Assembly (NCBI GenBank): GCA_964016885.1
Contig: OZ024766.1
Span: 3,658,001-3,722,000, forward strand
DNA: 64,000 nt
DNA from: Eledone cirrhosa
Taxonomy: Eukaryota
Reading direction: 5' to 3'
The translations under genes were made by a program, and so were the position numbers. Within the stretch, counting starts at the first letter, position 1. Each line of letters starts with the position of its first letter. Under the pieces are notes generated by a model. It did no database searches and was not told the DNA's origin. It saw only the letters and a program-made list of their open reading frames with translations. Shown here one piece after another: positions 61,200 to 64,000 of the stretch.

Positions 61200-61326
61200 T
61201 TTCAAGTAACCGGATGAGTCGATAAGCAAATTTTCAGGTTTTAAATCTCTGTATATTATATCCAGGTAGTGCAAATACTCAAACGCCAATACTATTTGAG
61301 CAGCATAGAATCTGGAGTGAGGCTCA
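61200..61326 (-). CDS. PKA-C: PKA catalytic subunit, catalytic-loop exon, copy A (alternative cassette)
   Basis: Encodes (S)[42 protein letters not shown]. Acceptor ctttag|T, donor AAA|gtaagt. 127 nt, phase 2 to 0, matching the homologous vertebrate PRKACA exon as I recall it. Upstream exons lie beyond the window end. Confidence 0.96.
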
Positions 61327-61379
61327 CTAAAGCAGAAGAAATAAGACAAAAAAACAATATGGGGTTATGAGACAACATA

Positions 61380-61778
61380 TCTTCCTTCTCATCTAGCCTG
61401 AGCTGAATATCTCTGTAGTTGATCCACCTTTCATAGTCGGATCTCAATATCTCTGTAGTTGATCCACCTTTCATAGTCGGATCTCAATATCTCTGTAGTT
61501 GATCCTCCTCGCTTAGCCTGAGCTCTCTCCTAGACTGAGCTGAATATCTCTGTAGCTGATCCTTCTCATCTAGCCTGAGCTGAATATCTCAGTAGTTGAT
61601 CTCAATATATCTGTAATTGATCCTTCTCTCCTAGACTGAACCAAATATCTCTCTAGTTGATTCATCTTTCCTAGCCTGAGCTCAATATATCTGTAGTTGA
61701 TCCTCCTTTCCAAGCCTGAGCTCAATATCTCTGTAGTTAATCCTTCTCTCCTATCCTAAGCTCCATATCTCTGTAGAT
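61380..61778. repeat. Degenerate ~40-bp minisatellite just upstream of exon A
   Basis: CTAGCCTGAGCTGAATATCTCTGTAGTTGATCC variants. Confidence 0.75.
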
Positions 61779-62334
61779 GTTCAGGTTAGGCTTCTGTCTA
61801 CTAGTGGTATCATATAACCCAGTAGAGGGCCTTGTTTTAATAGAACTAGTGGGGAGAACGAGGGCTTTGTTTTAATAGAACTAGTGGGGTGAACGAGGGC
61901 CTTGTTTTAATAGAACTAGGGTCTCGCTCATTAAAACACTCAAGAGACTTATGAGGTTCAACCATGTAGGAGGTCAGTTAAACTTACATAGGTGTGAGCA
62001 GCCTACAAGAATTAGTGCTCCTGCTGTTGGATACAGCCCTATATAGCATCCGTTTACAGTGAGTGATTTAGTAATTATGGTAAAGACAACCAATTGCCTG
62101 TCCCCTTCCTTTATATATGTGTAGGGGTTGTTCCGGGTAATTGGCAGACTCGGTAGAGCATCAGTTTAAAAGCCTTGTGCTATTTGTTCTGGTTTATAAC
62201 CATCTGAGTTCAGCTTTGCCTTTCATCATTTCAGGGGCTGATAAGATATAATATAATACCAGTCATACACTGGTGCGGTAGAATTGTTAAAACGCCAGGC
62301 AGGGTGCTTTGCAGTGTCTGATCTGGCTCTGGAA

Positions 62335-62750
62335 GTTGTGAGTTTAAGTCCTGTATTTCCTTCTACCAGATGTTGTGAGTCTAAATCATGTATTTCCTTC
62401 TACCAGATGTTGTGAGTCTAAATCCTGTATTTCCTTCTACCAGATGTTGTGAGTCTAAATCCTGTATATCCTTCTACCAGATGTTGTGAGTCTAAATCCT
62501 GTATATCCTTCTACCAGATGTTGTGAGTCTAAATCCTGTATTTCCTTCTACCAGATGTTGTGAGTCTAAATCCTGTATTTCCTTCTACCAGATGTTGTGA
62601 GTCTCAATCTTGTCTCTCCTTCAACCAGATGTTGTGAGTCTAAATCCTGTATTTCCTTCCACCAGATGTTGTGAGTCTCAATCCTGTCTCTCCTTCAACC
62701 AGATGTTGTGAGTCTATATCCTGTATCACCTTCTGCCAGATGTTGTGACT
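62335..62750. repeat. 37-bp minisatellite
   Basis: About 11 x AGATGTTGTGAGTCTAAATCCTGTATTTCCTTCTACC. Confidence 0.9.
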
Positions 62751-63002
62751 GATAAATTAACAAACAGATATTATCAGCAAAGGAATGCCCAAATGGAAAC
62801 ATTGTCTCCTTGGTCCAATCTGATGATCAGCTTCTTTCAATTTTCATATATACAACAGTTTAACCACTGAGATTTCACTCTTCTCTGTATGTGTGTGTGT
62901 GTGTGTGTATATATATACATTCCATACTAAAACTTGATTCAATATACACACTGCATTTTAAAACAAAATTGGGGTATATATTATACATACATAAGCAAAT
63001 TT

Positions 63003-63036
<34 letters not shown>

Positions 63037-63039
<3 letters not shown>

Positions 63040-63240
63040 CCTGGGACGACCTGATAAATTCCGACCTCACACACTTACACCTCTCCAAGACAATGTCACT
63101 GGACCGAGATCTTTGGCGCTACACAGGAATACAGAAGACCCGCCTTACCTAAGTACAAAGCGAAACCTACTACAGTCAGTAGGCACCTCTAACAAAAATA
63201 CACCCCCGTCCCATCCACACCACCCCTTTCAATGTAAAGT
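63037..63240 (+). mobile_element. Short RTE-like LINE 3' fragment
   Basis: KTWDDLINSDL...MSLDRDLWR resembles the RTE C-terminal KTW..DL..DR..WR pattern. Confidence 0.55.
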
Positions 63241-63804
63241 TATGTTGGTACCACAACATCCAGTCCTAAATAAATGAGGTCGTGTAGGTGTCACGACAAA
63301 AAAACAAACACACAGTCCACGCTGTAATGTGGCCGTGTAGGTAACACGGTAAAAACCTCCCAGTCCCACACTGTAAACGTGGTTGGTGTTAGGAAGGGCA
63401 CCCAGCCGTAGAAAACCCGCCAGACAGTCCTATGCGAGCAGGACAACCACTCTTGCCTCAAGTGGGACAACTCCCGTCCAGACCCATGCAAGCGTGGAAG
63501 ATGGACGTTAAACGATGATGATGATGATGATATATATATATATATATACACACATATATATATATATACACACATATATATATACCAAGCCATGGATCTT
63601 CCCTACAACACTTGCTGGAGTTATTATATACAGGGGCCACTGACATGACATATAGCATAACCCATCCCTCCCTTTACGGGTTTCAATGCTATCATCATCA
63701 TCATCATCTCCGTTTTACAACGTCCGTTCTTCCACGCTAGCATGGGTTAGACGGGTTGTCCTGTTGTGGGCAGTGTCCGGTCGGCTGACCTTGCCTTGCT
63801 CATA

Positions 63805-64000
63805 CGGGAACTGATCCTGGCTTGATCTCTACAGCTGGATGCCCTTCCTAACACCAACCTCATTTACAGTGAGTGCTGGGTGCTTTTTCGCCGTGGCACC
63901 TCCACGACCACTTTGCAGTGGAATGATAGGGACCCCAGTCCCTATCATCTCATTTCTACAGCTGAGTAAACTGGAGCAATGTGAAATAAAGTGTCTTGCT
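63805..64000 (-). mobile_element. SINE of the 30146 family, truncated by the window end
   Basis: Near identical to 11925-12415 without the tandem expansion. Confidence 0.85.

Overview
AT-rich, microsatellite-saturated animal genomic DNA, most consistent with a mollusc and probably an octopus. This rests on the SINE types, the (TA)n density and the PKA protein sequence, and is an inference. Almost all ORFs in the supplied track are (TA)n/(CA)n artefacts. The only host gene supported is the 3' half of a cAMP-dependent protein kinase catalytic subunit (PKA-C) on the minus strand, with six GT-AG coding exons of 127/127/96/123/165/126 nt. The exon containing the catalytic loop (YRDLKPEN) occurs twice (61200-61326 and 56895-57021), an apparent mutually exclusive cassette reminiscent of Aplysia A1/A2. 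Around this cassette lie inverted satellite arrays that bracket only the second copy, a candidate 124-nt poison exon and splicing-factor-like tracts. Minisatellites built from exon-end/5' splice-site sequence follow three consecutive constitutive exons. The rest is mobile DNA: a ~9.5 kb nested palindrome; many fold-back insertions in (TA)n, several carrying covarying minimal hammerhead ribozymes (Penelope-like retroelement termini); one Penelope-like ORF fragment; RTE LINE fragments with tail-sharing SINEs; a CRE-like RLE fragment; piggyBac-like MITEs; a Helitron-like element; and a 200-N gap.
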